IMG/VR virus record: IMGVR_UViG_3300020723_000003
Strand: one strand, 5' to 3'
DNA: 64,000 nucleotides
Source of the DNA: a virus
Taxonomy: Duplodnaviria; Heunggongvirae; Uroviricota; Caudoviricetes
The notes under the pieces are model-generated. The model was given only the letters and a program-made list of their open reading frames with translations, was not told where the DNA came from and made no database searches. The translations under genes and the position numbers were made by a program. Position 1 is the first letter of the stretch; the number at the start of each line of letters is the position of its first letter. This document shows positions 9,363 through 18,226 of the stretch, piece by piece.

Positions 9363-11071
9363 TTATTTTTACAAAAGTAAGATTTAAAAATCTATTATCT
9401 TATGGGAATACATTTACTGAAATTGAATTAAATACAGCAAATAAAACATTGTTGTGTGGAAAAAATGGTTTTGGTAAATCTGTTGCTATTGATGCAATAA
9501 CATTTGCATTATATGGAAAGCCATTCAGGAAAATAAACAAATCGGGTTTATTAAATTCAATTAATAAATTAGAATTGGTTACTGAAATTGAATTCTCTAT
9601 TGGGTCACATTATTATAAAATAATTCGTGGCATTAAACCAAATATCTTTGAAATTTATTGCAATGACGTTTTAGTGCAACAAGACGCAAAAGTTAAAGAT
9701 TATCAAGATCATCTAGAACGTTATATCCTCAAAATGAGCTATAAATCCTTTACTCAGGTGGTGATTTTAGGTTCAGCGAGATATACTCCGTTTATGCAAT
9801 TATCAGCTTCTGATAGACGCTCAGTTATTGAGGATTTACTTGATATCCAGATTTTTTCGAATATGAATCTTATTGTAAAGGATAAATTATCTGCGTTGAA
9901 AGAATCAATACAAGATTGTAAATATAATATAGAATTGTATAAAGATAAAATTGATATTCAGAAATCTAATATAAAGCAAAGTAAAAAAGCATCAGAAGAA
10001 ATAATATTAAAAAAAGAATCTTTAATTGCTAATACATTTAATGATGCTGAATTGCATCAAAATGAATTAAATACTTTGTTGGAAATTAATCAATCTTTAT
10101 CTGAAATTATTTTAGATTTTGATTTAGTAGAATCAAAAAAACAAAAATTTGTTGTTATCCAAGAAAAATTTAAAACAAATAAGTTAAAATTTGAAAAAGA
10201 AAATTCTTTTTATGATTCTAATAATAATTGTCCAACATGCAAACAATCAATAGATTTGGAATTTAAATCGTCAATTGTTGAAAGTAATAATACAAAACTA
10301 CAACAATTAAAGGATGGTGAAGAGAAATTATCTGGAGAATTATTAAGTGTTAAAAAAAGATTAGAAGAAATTAATATAATAAACAAAACTATATCAGAAA
10401 ATAATATAGAAATTTCTAAACTTAATGCTTCTATCGTTTCAGCTCATAAATATATAAAATTGATTTCTCATGAATTGCAAGAACTAAATGTTGTAAATCA
10501 AACTGAAGGGAGTGATAATTTACAGTCTTTGGTTGAGAGTCTTGATGTTTATGTTGAAAATTATGAAGAATATATAATTGAAAAATCTTATTATGATTTT
10601 ATATCTGTTATGTTGAAAGATGGTGGGATTAAAACGCGGATAATTAAACAATATCTTCCAGTTTTAAACAAATATATAAATCAATATTTGACTCAATTAG
10701 ATTTTTTTGTTAATTTTAATATAAATGAAAATTTTGAAGAAGTAATTAAATCTAGACATAGAGACGAATTTACATATTCAAATTTTTCTGAGGGCGAAAA
10801 GATGAGATTAGATCTTGCTGTCTTATTTTCGTTTAGACAATTAGCAAGATTAAAAAATTCAGTAAATACAAATTTATTGATTTTGGACGAAGTTATGGAT
10901 TCTAGCTTAGATGCTAATGGAACAGATGTTTTTATGGATCTCATTTCTTCTACAGATAAACATACAAATATTTTTGTAATAAGTCATAAAACGGATCAGA
11001 TTTCTGATAAGTTTGATAGAATATTACAATTTGATAAAGTGAAAAATTTCTCTAAAATGAAGGTGATCTAA
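9359..11071 (+). CDS. 46: Recombination endonuclease subunit gp46 (Rad50/SbcC-like ATPase)
   Basis: Walker A GKNGFGKS, coiled coil with CPTC zinc hook, signature LSEGEKMRLDLA, Walker B LLILDEV. Confidence 0.85.
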   Translation: MIIFTKVRFKNLLSYGNTFTEIELNTANKTLLCGKNGFGKSVAIDAITFALYGKPFRKINKSGLLNSINKLELVTEIEFSIGSHYYKIIRGIKPNIFEIYCNDVLVQQDAKVKDYQDHLERYILKMSYKSFTQVVILGSARYTPFMQLSASDRRSVIEDLLDIQIFSNMNLIVKDKLSALKESIQDCKYNIELYKDKIDIQKSNIKQSKKASEEIILKKESLIANTFNDAELHQNELNTLLEINQSLSEIILDFDLVESKKQKFVVIQEKFKTNKLKFEKENSFYDSNNNCPTCKQSIDLEFKSSIVESNNTKLQQLKDGEEKLSGELLSVKKRLEEINIINKTISENNIEISKLNASIVSAHKYIKLISHELQELNVVNQTEGSDNLQSLVESLDVYVENYEEYIIEKSYYDFISVMLKDGGIKTRIIKQYLPVLNKYINQYLTQLDFFVNFNINENFEEVIKSRHRDEFTYSNFSEGEKMRLDLAVLFSFRQLARLKNSVNTNLLILDEVMDSSLDANGTDVFMDLISSTDKHTNIFVISHKTDQISDKFDRILQFDKVKNFSKMKVI

Positions 11072-11073
11072 CT

Positions 11074-11670
11074 ATGCAAGAAATAGTTTATAATACAAAT
11101 GAATTAAACCCTCCAGCGAAAATAGTTCCAGAGTTTGAACCTTATACGTTGGCTCCTCAGGATGCTGAAATATTAGGATCGAAAATACAAATTTTTGATT
11201 TTGGATATCCAAATCATGATCCATTAGAAATTGGTTCTAGATTAGTAGAAACTGCAAAATTGCATAATTCTTTTGGGATTGCAGCAAATCAATGTGGTGA
11301 AAGATATAGGGTTTTTGTTGCTGGTGCTGATGAAAATTATATTGCATTTTTTAACCCAGAAATTATACTTGAATCTGAAGAAACGTCATTAATTCCTGAA
11401 ACAGATTTGAGTAATATGGGTTTGTTGTTGCATGTTAAACGGCCAAAATCTGTAACTGTTCAATTTCAAGATTTAAATGGTCAACTACAAACATTACACT
11501 TCGATGGTTTAACTGCAAGAATTGTACAACAATGTATTGACAGGTTAAATGGTATTGGGTTTGAGATGCGAGTTTCAAAATTGGTTCTTGATAGAGCAAC
11601 TAAAGCTCTTGATAAAAAGGTTAAAAAATTCGTAAAACAAAATACTTATATAAAAACGGTGAGAAAATAA
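11074..11670 (+). CDS. Peptide deformylase-like protein, catalytic residues apparently lost
   Basis: PDF motif I GIAANQ present and fold-level blocks align (NPEIILESEETSLIPE, GLTARIVQQCIDRLNGIGFE), but the EGCLS Cys and the HExxH metal ligands are replaced (ETSLIPE; QQCIDR). Confidence 0.5.
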   Translation: MQEIVYNTNELNPPAKIVPEFEPYTLAPQDAEILGSKIQIFDFGYPNHDPLEIGSRLVETAKLHNSFGIAANQCGERYRVFVAGADENYIAFFNPEIILESEETSLIPETDLSNMGLLLHVKRPKSVTVQFQDLNGQLQTLHFDGLTARIVQQCIDRLNGIGFEMRVSKLVLDRATKALDKKVKKFVKQNTYIKTVRK

Positions 11671-11693
11671 TTTTAATTTAAAGGTGAAATATT

Positions 11694-12488
11694 ATGGAAA
11701 TAAAAATTAGTAAAGAAACATTGGAAGGAAAATCAATATTTATTGCAACACCAATGTATGGTGGTCAATGCCTTGGTATGTATATGAAATCTTGTTTGGA
11801 CCTTCAAACATTATGTATCCAATATGGTGTTGAAATTAAATTCTCATTTCTTTTTAATGAGAGTCTTATCCAAAGAGCTAGAAATTATCTAGTTGATGAA
11901 TTTGTACGGTCTTCATGCACACATATGATGTTTATTGATGCAGATATTTCTTTCAATCCAATTGATATTCTTGCAATGATCTCTTTGGATAAAGATATTA
12001 TTGGCGCACCATATCCAAAGAAAACTATTAAGTGGTCTAATGTCAAAAAGGCTATTTTAAAAAATCCAGATATTGATGTTGGGGAATTAGAAAAACTTGG
12101 TGGTGATATTGTATTTAATCCAGTTGCTGGGACAGAAAGATTTAGTGTAACAGATCCTCTTGAAGTATTGGAAGTTGGTACTGGAATGATGATGATTCGT
12201 AGAGATGTTTTTGAGCGATATAAAGAAGCATATCCAGAATATTCTTATCTTCCTGATCATGTTGGTACTGCAAATTTTAGTGGTGATAGAGAGATTATGT
12301 CATATTTTAATGTTGAGATTGATCCAGGATCAAGAAGAACTTTGAGTGAAGATTATCACTTCTGTCAGCATAGTAGAAAAATTGGTATTCAAATTTGGAT
12401 GGCTCCATGGATTATTTGTGGTCATACTGGAACCTATATGTTCCAAGGAAGTCTTCCTTCAATTGCAGCAAATTTGGGCGAATTATAA
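11694..12488 (+). CDS. Putative GT-A-like glycosyltransferase (DxD)
   Basis: MMFIDADISF DxD-type motif; otherwise unassigned. Confidence 0.3.
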   Translation: MEIKISKETLEGKSIFIATPMYGGQCLGMYMKSCLDLQTLCIQYGVEIKFSFLFNESLIQRARNYLVDEFVRSSCTHMMFIDADISFNPIDILAMISLDKDIIGAPYPKKTIKWSNVKKAILKNPDIDVGELEKLGGDIVFNPVAGTERFSVTDPLEVLEVGTGMMMIRRDVFERYKEAYPEYSYLPDHVGTANFSGDREIMSYFNVEIDPGSRRTLSEDYHFCQHSRKIGIQIWMAPWIICGHTGTYMFQGSLPSIAANLGEL

Positions 12489-12495
12489 AAAGTGC

Positions 12496-12524
12496 TTGAC
12501 AATTTAAAATATATGCTATACAAT
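12496..12524 (+). promoter_or_regulatory. Early promoter TTGACA-17-TACAAT
   Basis: TTGACA 12496..12501, 17-bp spacer, TACAAT 12519..12524, upstream of the dNMP kinase gene. Confidence 0.55.
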
Positions 12525-12555
12525 AATATTGTAGTTTGAATTTGAGAAATATGTT

Positions 12556-13161
12556 ATGATTATTGGTTTATGTGGTTTAATTGGTTCAGGAAAAGGCACT
12601 GCTGGTGAAATCTTAGTGGAACATGGTTTTGTTCCACTATCATTTGCTGGTTCTCTTAAGGATGCTGTTTCTGCTATCTTTGGATGGGAAAGAGCATTAC
12701 TTGAGGGTGATACTGATGAATCTAGAGATTTTAGAGAAGATGTTGATCCATTTTGGACAAAAAAGTTTGGAAGGGAGATTACCCCTAGAATTATATTACA
12801 GGAGTTTGGGACTGAGGTTGTTCGAAACAATTGTCTTGATTCTATTTGGGTTGATTCGCTTGAAAGAAAACTTTCTTTATATGAAAATGTTGTGGTTACA
12901 GATGTTAGATTTTCTAATGAGATTGATTTCTTAAGAAACTTAAATGGTCAAATTATACAAATCAATAGAGGTGAATTACCTGAATGGTATTCTGTTGCTG
13001 AAAGAAACAATACATTGTATACTAATGATATTCTTTTTATAAGAGAATACCCAAGGATACATAAATCGGAATGGGGTTGGATAGGTAATAAAGGTATTGA
13101 CTATATAATTGACAATAATGGTTCAAAAGAAGATTTAGAACAAAAATTGTTGAACAGGTAG
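12556..13161 (+). CDS. 1: Deoxynucleoside monophosphate kinase (T4 gp1-like)
   Basis: P-loop GLIGSGKGT. FAGSLKDAVSAIFGW matches T4 gp1 LAGPIKDALAYAWG. C-terminal NNGSKEDLEQKL matches T4 NDGSLEELFSKI. Confidence 0.75.
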   Translation: MIIGLCGLIGSGKGTAGEILVEHGFVPLSFAGSLKDAVSAIFGWERALLEGDTDESRDFREDVDPFWTKKFGREITPRIILQEFGTEVVRNNCLDSIWVDSLERKLSLYENVVVTDVRFSNEIDFLRNLNGQIIQINRGELPEWYSVAERNNTLYTNDILFIREYPRIHKSEWGWIGNKGIDYIIDNNGSKEDLEQKLLNR

Positions 13162-13181
13162 AATAGTGAAAAGTGAGCAGT

Positions 13182-13270
13182 GCTCTTAGGTACTCTAATG
13201 GTAAGAGATTTGACTGTTAATCAAACGTATACAGAAATGTTATGGGGGTTCGAGTCCCTCCCTAAGAGCA
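13182..13270 (+). tRNA. Unusual tRNA-like gene: anticodon GUU (Asn) with long variable arm and extended acceptor helix
   Basis: Cloverleaf: acceptor TCTTAGG/CCTAAGA, D-arm CTCT-AATGGTA-AGAG, anticodon arm TTTGA-CTGTTAA-TCAAA, 18-nt variable region, T-arm GGGGG-TTCGAGT-CCCTC. The helix continues to 16 bp into flanks (13175..13190 with 13261..13276). No encoded CCA. Confidence 0.45.
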
Positions 13271-13385
13271 CTGCTCATTTAAATAAATTACAAGGTAAAA
13301 TCTTGAAAGAAAACACTTCAAAGGTCGGGAGATACACTTTGAATAGTGGTGCAGTAAAAGTCTGTGATATCTCCCCCTTGTTTTG

Positions 13386-13460
13386 AGGATGGTAGCTCAA
13401 TGGTAGAGCAGTTTGTTAGAAATAACATTTAAGCATGGGTTCGAATCCCATCGTTCCTCA
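13386..13460 (+). tRNA. tRNA-like element / probable tRNA pseudogene
   Basis: Canonical D-arm (GCTC-AATGGTA-GAGC) and T-arm (ATGGG-TTCGAAT-CCCAT), but no foldable 7-nt anticodon loop (GTTA-GAAA-TAAC tetraloop hairpin instead) and only 5/7 acceptor pairs. Confidence 0.35.
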
Positions 13461-13470
13461 CTTAGTTTAT

Positions 13471-13546
13471 CTCTCTGTAGTGTAGTCTGGTAACATGATG
13501 CGTTTGGGGCGCATTGTCCTTCGTTCAAATCGAAGCAGAGAGACCA
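13471..13546 (+). tRNA. tRNA-Pro (anticodon UGG)
   Basis: Acceptor CTCTCTG/CAGAGAG, anticodon arm ATGCG-TTTGGGG-CGCAT, T-arm CTTCG-TTCAAAT-CGAAG, discriminator A, encoded CCA. Confidence 0.75.
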
Positions 13547-13550
13547 GTTT

Positions 13551-13641
13551 GGAAGAGTGGTTGAGTGGTTTAAGACAGCAGTCTTGAAAACTGTCGAGGG
13601 TTAATACCCCTCCGTGGGTTCGAATCCCACCTCTTCCGCCA
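13551..13641 (+). tRNA. tRNA-Ser (anticodon UGA), type II
   Basis: Acceptor GGAAGAG/CTCTTCC, anticodon loop CTTGAAA, long variable arm CGAGGGTTAATACCCCTCCG, T-arm GTGGG-TTCGAAT-CCCAC, discriminator G, encoded CCA. Confidence 0.75.
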
Positions 13642-13646
13642 TTTTC

Positions 13647-13724
13647 GCACCACTAGCTCAATTGGTTAGAGCTCTCCGCTCATAACGGATAGGTTCTGGG
13701 TTCAAATCCCAGGTCGGTGCACCA
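13647..13724 (+). tRNA. tRNA with CAU anticodon (Met or Ile-lysidine type)
   Basis: D-arm GCTC-AATTGGTTA-GAGC, anticodon loop CTCATAA, T-arm CTGGG-TTCAAAT-CCCAG, encoded CCA. The acceptor stem has 2 mismatches and one extra nucleotide at the T-stem junction. Confidence 0.55.
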
Positions 13725-13734
13725 AATAAAATAC

Positions 13735-13763
13735 TTGACAAAATCTTAATTATAAGTTATAAT
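13735..13763 (+). promoter_or_regulatory. Promoter TTGACA-17-TATAAT upstream of g45
   Basis: TTGACA 13735..13740, 17-bp spacer, TATAAT 13758..13763. Confidence 0.6.
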
Positions 13764-13799
13764 TATATCTGATTTAAAATTTTAACATGAGGAAATAAA

Positions 13800-14483
13800 A
13801 TGAAAATATCACCAGAAACAAATGCGATTCTAAAAAACTTCGCACATATTAATCAATCATTATTCTTTAAAAAAGGTTCTGTCATCTCAACTATGAGTCC
13901 ACAAAAGAATATTCTTGTTGATGCAACAATTACAGAAACTATACCACAAGATTTTGGTATTTACGATTTAAATAATTTTTTATCTGTGACATCATTATTT
14001 AAAGATGGCTCTGAATTAGAATTTGATCAAAATCATGTAATTATCAAAGGTTTGAATGGTAGGTCAAAAATTAAATACCGTATTACTGATCCATCAATGA
14101 TTGTAGTTGCTCCAGATAAACGTCCCAAACTTCCAGTTGTTGATGTTAAATTTACATTCTCAAAAGAAGATCTAGAATGGGTTATTAAAACAGCGTCTGT
14201 TATTGGTGCACCACATTTAGCTGTTGAATCAGACGGTACAACTGTATCATTAGTGACATTTGATGAGAGTAATGATGCAGGTCATACAAACTCATTAGAA
14301 ATGAGTGATGTGGATCCAGAAGGAAATGTGTTTAAATTAGTTTATAAAACTGAAAATTTAAAAGTTATTCCTGATTCATATTCTGTTGAAATTAGTTCTA
14401 AAGGTATTTCAACATGGACTTCAATAACTAATGAAATTAAATATTACATTACATTAGAAACATCAAGTAAATTTGGAGGGTAA
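13800..14483 (+). CDS. 45: Sliding clamp gp45
   Basis: 227 aa (T4: 228). N-terminus TNAILKNFAHINQS matches T4 TTALLKNFATINSG. Synteny. Confidence 0.9.
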   Translation: MKISPETNAILKNFAHINQSLFFKKGSVISTMSPQKNILVDATITETIPQDFGIYDLNNFLSVTSLFKDGSELEFDQNHVIIKGLNGRSKIKYRITDPSMIVVAPDKRPKLPVVDVKFTFSKEDLEWVIKTASVIGAPHLAVESDGTTVSLVTFDESNDAGHTNSLEMSDVDPEGNVFKLVYKTENLKVIPDSYSVEISSKGISTWTSITNEIKYYITLETSSKFGG

Positions 14484-14712
14484 TTTGCAAACAATTGAAT
14501 TTTTTTTGTCTGAAAATAGTATAAAAGTTTTAGATTCGCAACAATTAACTGAAAAACATAAATTATTAGTTAGTGTTGATATTGGCGATTTATCATATGA
14601 AAAAGCACAAGAATATTTGTCTGCTGTGACTGAAGCATTTAAAAGTGTTGTTGATCCAGCTTCAGTTTTGGTTTATCCAGATAGCATTGATGTAACATTG
14701 ATTGAACAATAA
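14473..14712 (+). CDS. Hypothetical small acidic protein
   Basis: 79-aa ORF between g45 and g44. Confidence 0.4.
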   Translation: MEGNLQTIEFFLSENSIKVLDSQQLTEKHKLLVSVDIGDLSYEKAQEYLSAVTEAFKSVVDPASVLVYPDSIDVTLIEQ

Positions 14713-15010
14713 AATTAGGAAATATATTATGAGTAATAAAATTAGTATTGAAACAGTATTTGGAACATTAGACGATAACCAATCACAAACTCTTCGTGAA
14801 GGTATTAAAGAAATATCTGTCCATCTGTCTAGGATGGATATTGAAAAGGAAGCGATTAAAGATATTGTCGCTTCCGTTTTTGATGAAACTAAAGTTCCTA
14901 AAAAAATGATTAATAGATTTGCTAAAGTTTATCATAAACAATGCTTTTCTGAAGTAGTTGTTGAAGACAACGAATTCCAATCACTATATTCTGCTTTATT
15001 TAGTAATTAA
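14702..15010 (+). CDS. Hypothetical protein
   Basis: 102-aa ORF between g45 and g44. Confidence 0.4.
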   Translation: MNNKIRKYIMSNKISIETVFGTLDDNQSQTLREGIKEISVHLSRMDIEKEAIKDIVASVFDETKVPKKMINRFAKVYHKQCFSEVVVEDNEFQSLYSALFSN

Positions 15011-15068
15011 ATTATGATTTTTGCCTCGCTGAGAAATTGGTGAGGCTTTTTTATGTGAGATATATAAT

Positions 15069-16010
15069 ATGGTAAGAGAAGAGATTCTGTGGGCTCAAAA
15101 ATACAGACCAAATAAAATTGCAGATTGTATTCTTCCTGAATCAATCAAAACATCATTTCAAGAATTTGTTAACCAAGATAAAATCCCAAATCTGTTGATT
15201 TCTGGTTCTCAAGGTTCTGGTAAAACAACACTTGCAAAAGCTCTTTGTGAAGAAGTTGGTTGTGATTACATAATTATTAATGGATCTGATGAAAATGGTA
15301 TTGATGTTCTTCGTGGGAAAATTAAAAATTATGCTTCTTCAGTTTCTTTGAGTGGAGGGAGAAAGGTTGTAATTATTGATGAAGCGGATTATCTTAATGC
15401 AAATTCGTTACAACCAGCATTGCGTAACGCTATAGAAGAATTTTCTATTAATTGTTCTTTTATTTTCACATGCAATTATAAAAATAGAATTATTGAACCA
15501 TTACATTCAAGATGTTCTGTTATTGATGTGAAAATATCAAAGGAAGATAAACCTAAATTGATGGCTCAGTTTTTTAAACGAGTTTGTTGGATTTTAGGTG
15601 AAGAAAAGATAGAATATAATAAAGAAGTTGTAGCTCAAGTTATTTCTAAATATTATCCAGATAACCGTAGAATCCTTAATGAATTACAACGTTATGCGAT
15701 GGGTGGAACAATTGATGTAGGTTTATTGTCTCAAGTTTCCGATATTCAATTAACACCTTTAATTACAGCGTTAAAAGAAAAGAATTTTGCAGATACTAGA
15801 AAATGGTTATCTGATAATGACGATATTGATTCTGTAACACTTTTCAGAAAATTGTATGATAATTCTTATGAATTGTTAAAACCAAATTCAATTCCACAAT
15901 TAGTTTTATTGATAGCAAAATATCAATATCAAAACGCTTTCGTTGCTGATCAGCAAATTAATACGTTAGCATTGTTTACTGAAATGATGATAGAATTGGA
16001 ATATCAATAA
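15069..16010 (+). CDS. 44: Clamp loader large subunit gp44 (AAA+)
   Basis: Walker A GSQGSGKTT, Walker B VVIIDEAD, sensor motifs, 313 aa. Synteny. Confidence 0.9.
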   Translation: MVREEILWAQKYRPNKIADCILPESIKTSFQEFVNQDKIPNLLISGSQGSGKTTLAKALCEEVGCDYIIINGSDENGIDVLRGKIKNYASSVSLSGGRKVVIIDEADYLNANSLQPALRNAIEEFSINCSFIFTCNYKNRIIEPLHSRCSVIDVKISKEDKPKLMAQFFKRVCWILGEEKIEYNKEVVAQVISKYYPDNRRILNELQRYAMGGTIDVGLLSQVSDIQLTPLITALKEKNFADTRKWLSDNDDIDSVTLFRKLYDNSYELLKPNSIPQLVLLIAKYQYQNAFVADQQINTLALFTEMMIELEYQ

Positions 16011-16390
16011 TGGATTTATTTAAGGATTTGCTTCCAGGTATATTGCAAAAAAAGAATTATATCCTTAATGAAGATAACGAAAAAGAATATAAACCTTATA
16101 TTGTTAATATGGCATTATCGCAACATACTGATTGTGTATTATATGTAAATGAGATGAATCAATATCCAAGTCTTGATAATAAGATGCAATATGATTTTTA
16201 TTATTATGCTTTACGAGCCCAGAAACGTCCGTATCAAAAGTGGTTTAAATCTACAGAATCAAAAGACCTATTAAATGTGAAAGAATACTTTGGATTTTCT
16301 TCTGAGAAGGCAAAAGAAGCTTTGAGAATACTGACAACAGAACAATTAGGACATATAGCTAAAATTGTTGATAAAGGTGGTAGGGAATAG
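16010..16390 (+). CDS. 62: Clamp loader small subunit gp62 (by synteny)
   Basis: Translationally coupled to g44 (ATG overlapping the stop). Position g44-g62-regA. Confidence 0.55.
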   Translation: MDLFKDLLPGILQKKNYILNEDNEKEYKPYIVNMALSQHTDCVLYVNEMNQYPSLDNKMQYDFYYYALRAQKRPYQKWFKSTESKDLLNVKEYFGFSSEKAKEALRILTTEQLGHIAKIVDKGGRE

Positions 16391-16451
16391 CAACATTTTA
16401 TGTTTTATAAATACTTTTATTTTAAAACATAAGGATTTATGGAGCTATATT

Positions 16452-16856
16452 ATGAGTGATATTTTTAATGGATTTGGGGTTGAGGTCTTCATTGATGAAG
16501 AAAATTTTTTAAAAATAAAAGAAACGTTATCAAGAATTGGTGTTTTATCAAAAAAAGATAATTCATTGTATCAGTCTTGTCATATATTACATAAACAAGG
16601 CAGATATGTTGTAATTCATTTTAAAGAATTATTTGCTCTTGATAATAAACTACATAGTATTGATGAAAATGATATTGCTAGAAGAAATACAATTGTAAAA
16701 TTATTACAAGATTGGGAACTTCTTGAGATTCAAAATCCAGATTCTTGTAAATCTCCATTAGTTCCAATATCTCAAATAAAAATTCTTTCTTATAAAGAAA
16801 AATCTGATTATAATTTAGTTAGTAAATATAATATTGGCAAAATAAAATCAAAGTAA
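16452..16856 (+). CDS. regA: Translational repressor RegA
   Basis: From the internal Met with a GGAG RBS. FLKIKETLSRIGVLSKKDNSLYQSCHILHKQGRYVVIHFKELF closely matches T4 RegA FLKVKETLTRMGIANNKDKVLYQSCHILQKKGLYYIVHFKEML. Confidence 0.85.
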   Translation: MSDIFNGFGVEVFIDEENFLKIKETLSRIGVLSKKDNSLYQSCHILHKQGRYVVIHFKELFALDNKLHSIDENDIARRNTIVKLLQDWELLEIQNPDSCKSPLVPISQIKILSYKEKSDYNLVSKYNIGKIKSK

Positions 16857-16871
16857 ATTTGGAAATTAATC

Positions 16872-17666
16872 ATGCCTTGTCATAATGAATTAAATTCGCA
16901 ATTAAAGGGTCTTCAAGCTAGGTTAGAACAAGCTGAGAATGATATAAACGCACATTATGCTGGTATATCTCAATTAGCGTTGTCGTTAGCTGCAAATCCA
17001 TTTACTGCTGGAAGTGCAGCAGCTACTGCAGCAATTTATAATTTAAATCCTATAGGGATGAAAATCCTTCGTGCATTATTATCAGCCTTGATTCCAAAGG
17101 AACTTCAAAATACAATGAGAATGTTGACCATGTTGTCGGCTTCAAGTATTGATGATTTAGCGGAAGGTATTGTTGATTCTGCTGCTGCACAAGTTGTTGG
17201 AGCTGTTAATTATGGTATTGATTCGATAACTGAAACAGCATTAAGTGAAATGATTTCTGTACAAAACGAATTAAATTCTTTGGTACCAAATGCGGTCAAT
17301 GGGACCGTTCAAGCATTAGCAATGTCATCATTAAATAATGATAAATCTCATAATATTAATTTAGCGCAACAAGCATATGATGCTTGGTATTCAGCTTCTA
17401 TTGCTCCTGTTGGAGAATTTACACAAAGTCAAATTAATTCTTTAAGAGTTGCATATCTTAAGGCTCAACAAGTTGTTAATACAATTAATGCGGGTGCTGC
17501 TGGTGTTGTTGCTCAAGCTGGAGGTCTTTTATCTGGAGCTTCTCCAACCATCCAAGAAATAAATACTGCATTGCAACAATTTAATAATATTGCTGCTTTT
17601 ATTCTTACACAAAATGATATTTCAAGCTGTAAGTCTAAAGCAATGAAGATTGGACCACATACCTAA
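16872..17666 (+). CDS. Hypothetical Ala/Gln-rich protein
   Basis: 264-aa ORF. Composition is atypical for the neighbouring replication genes. Followed by a double stem-loop terminator. Confidence 0.45.
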   Translation: MPCHNELNSQLKGLQARLEQAENDINAHYAGISQLALSLAANPFTAGSAAATAAIYNLNPIGMKILRALLSALIPKELQNTMRMLTMLSASSIDDLAEGIVDSAAAQVVGAVNYGIDSITETALSEMISVQNELNSLVPNAVNGTVQALAMSSLNNDKSHNINLAQQAYDAWYSASIAPVGEFTQSQINSLRVAYLKAQQVVNTINAGAAGVVAQAGGLLSGASPTIQEINTALQQFNNIAAFILTQNDISSCKSKAMKIGPHT

Positions 17667-17673
17667 ATAGAAT

Positions 17674-17725
17674 TTGTAGGGTGTTCCTACAAAGCTTAAA
17701 CCTGCTTCGGGGGTTTAAGAATTTT
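17674..17725 (+). terminator. Tandem stem-loop terminator
   Basis: TTGTAGG-gtgtt-CCTACAA followed by CTTAAACC-tgcttcgg-GGTTTAAG, then aattttt. Confidence 0.6.
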
Positions 17726-17758
17726 TAAATAAAATCTTGCTTTTTAAAGGAGACTAAA

Positions 17759-18208
17759 ATGACACAATTAGAACAATTTAGAACAATTCACAATACTGCG
17801 TTAATAGGTTTTGATGATCTATTTCGTAGAATCAAAGAATTAGAAAGTCCAAAAACAAATTTCCCTCCCTATGATATAATTAAAACATCTGATGATGCTT
17901 TTGTTATTAAATTGGCTGTTGCTGGTTATACGAAAGATGATATTTCTGTAACATTAGATTCTGGAAGATTATTTGTGGATGGATCAATAAGACCTGATGA
18001 TTATTCATTAGATTCTTTATTGGATAAAAAAGAAAAATATCCCGAATATCTTTATAAAGGAATTTCGCAAAGGAATTTCAAAAGAGAATTTACTCTTGCA
18101 GATACTGTTGAAGTTTCTGAAGTAAAATTGTCTGAAGGTATGTTATCTATACATTTAAAAAATGTAATTCCAGAAAGCCAAAAACCAAAAACTTTTGAAA
18201 TTATATAG
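17759..18208 (+). CDS. Small heat-shock protein (Hsp20/alpha-crystallin-like)
   Basis: 149 aa. Central beta-rich DDAFVIKLAVAGYTKDDISVTLDSGRLFVDGS is typical of the ACD domain. Confidence 0.4.
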   Translation: MTQLEQFRTIHNTALIGFDDLFRRIKELESPKTNFPPYDIIKTSDDAFVIKLAVAGYTKDDISVTLDSGRLFVDGSIRPDDYSLDSLLDKKEKYPEYLYKGISQRNFKREFTLADTVEVSEVKLSEGMLSIHLKNVIPESQKPKTFEII

Positions 18209-18226
18209 GTTTAATGTTCTAAATAA

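Noticed and set aside
9054-10944. Antisense ORFs inside g47/g46 (9054..9293, 10693..10944)
   Set aside because: Embedded antisense to strongly supported genes with poly-I/F/L composition, so chance ORFs.
12516-12934. ORFs 12516..12830 (-) and 12623..12934 (+)
   Set aside because: They fall entirely within, and are out of frame with, the well-supported dNMP kinase gene. The amino-acid sequences are low-complexity.
13180-13386. 68-aa ORF across the tRNA cluster
   Set aside because: Overlaps the tRNA-like gene at 13182..13270. It contains the tRNA T-arm sequence in frame and has no RBS.
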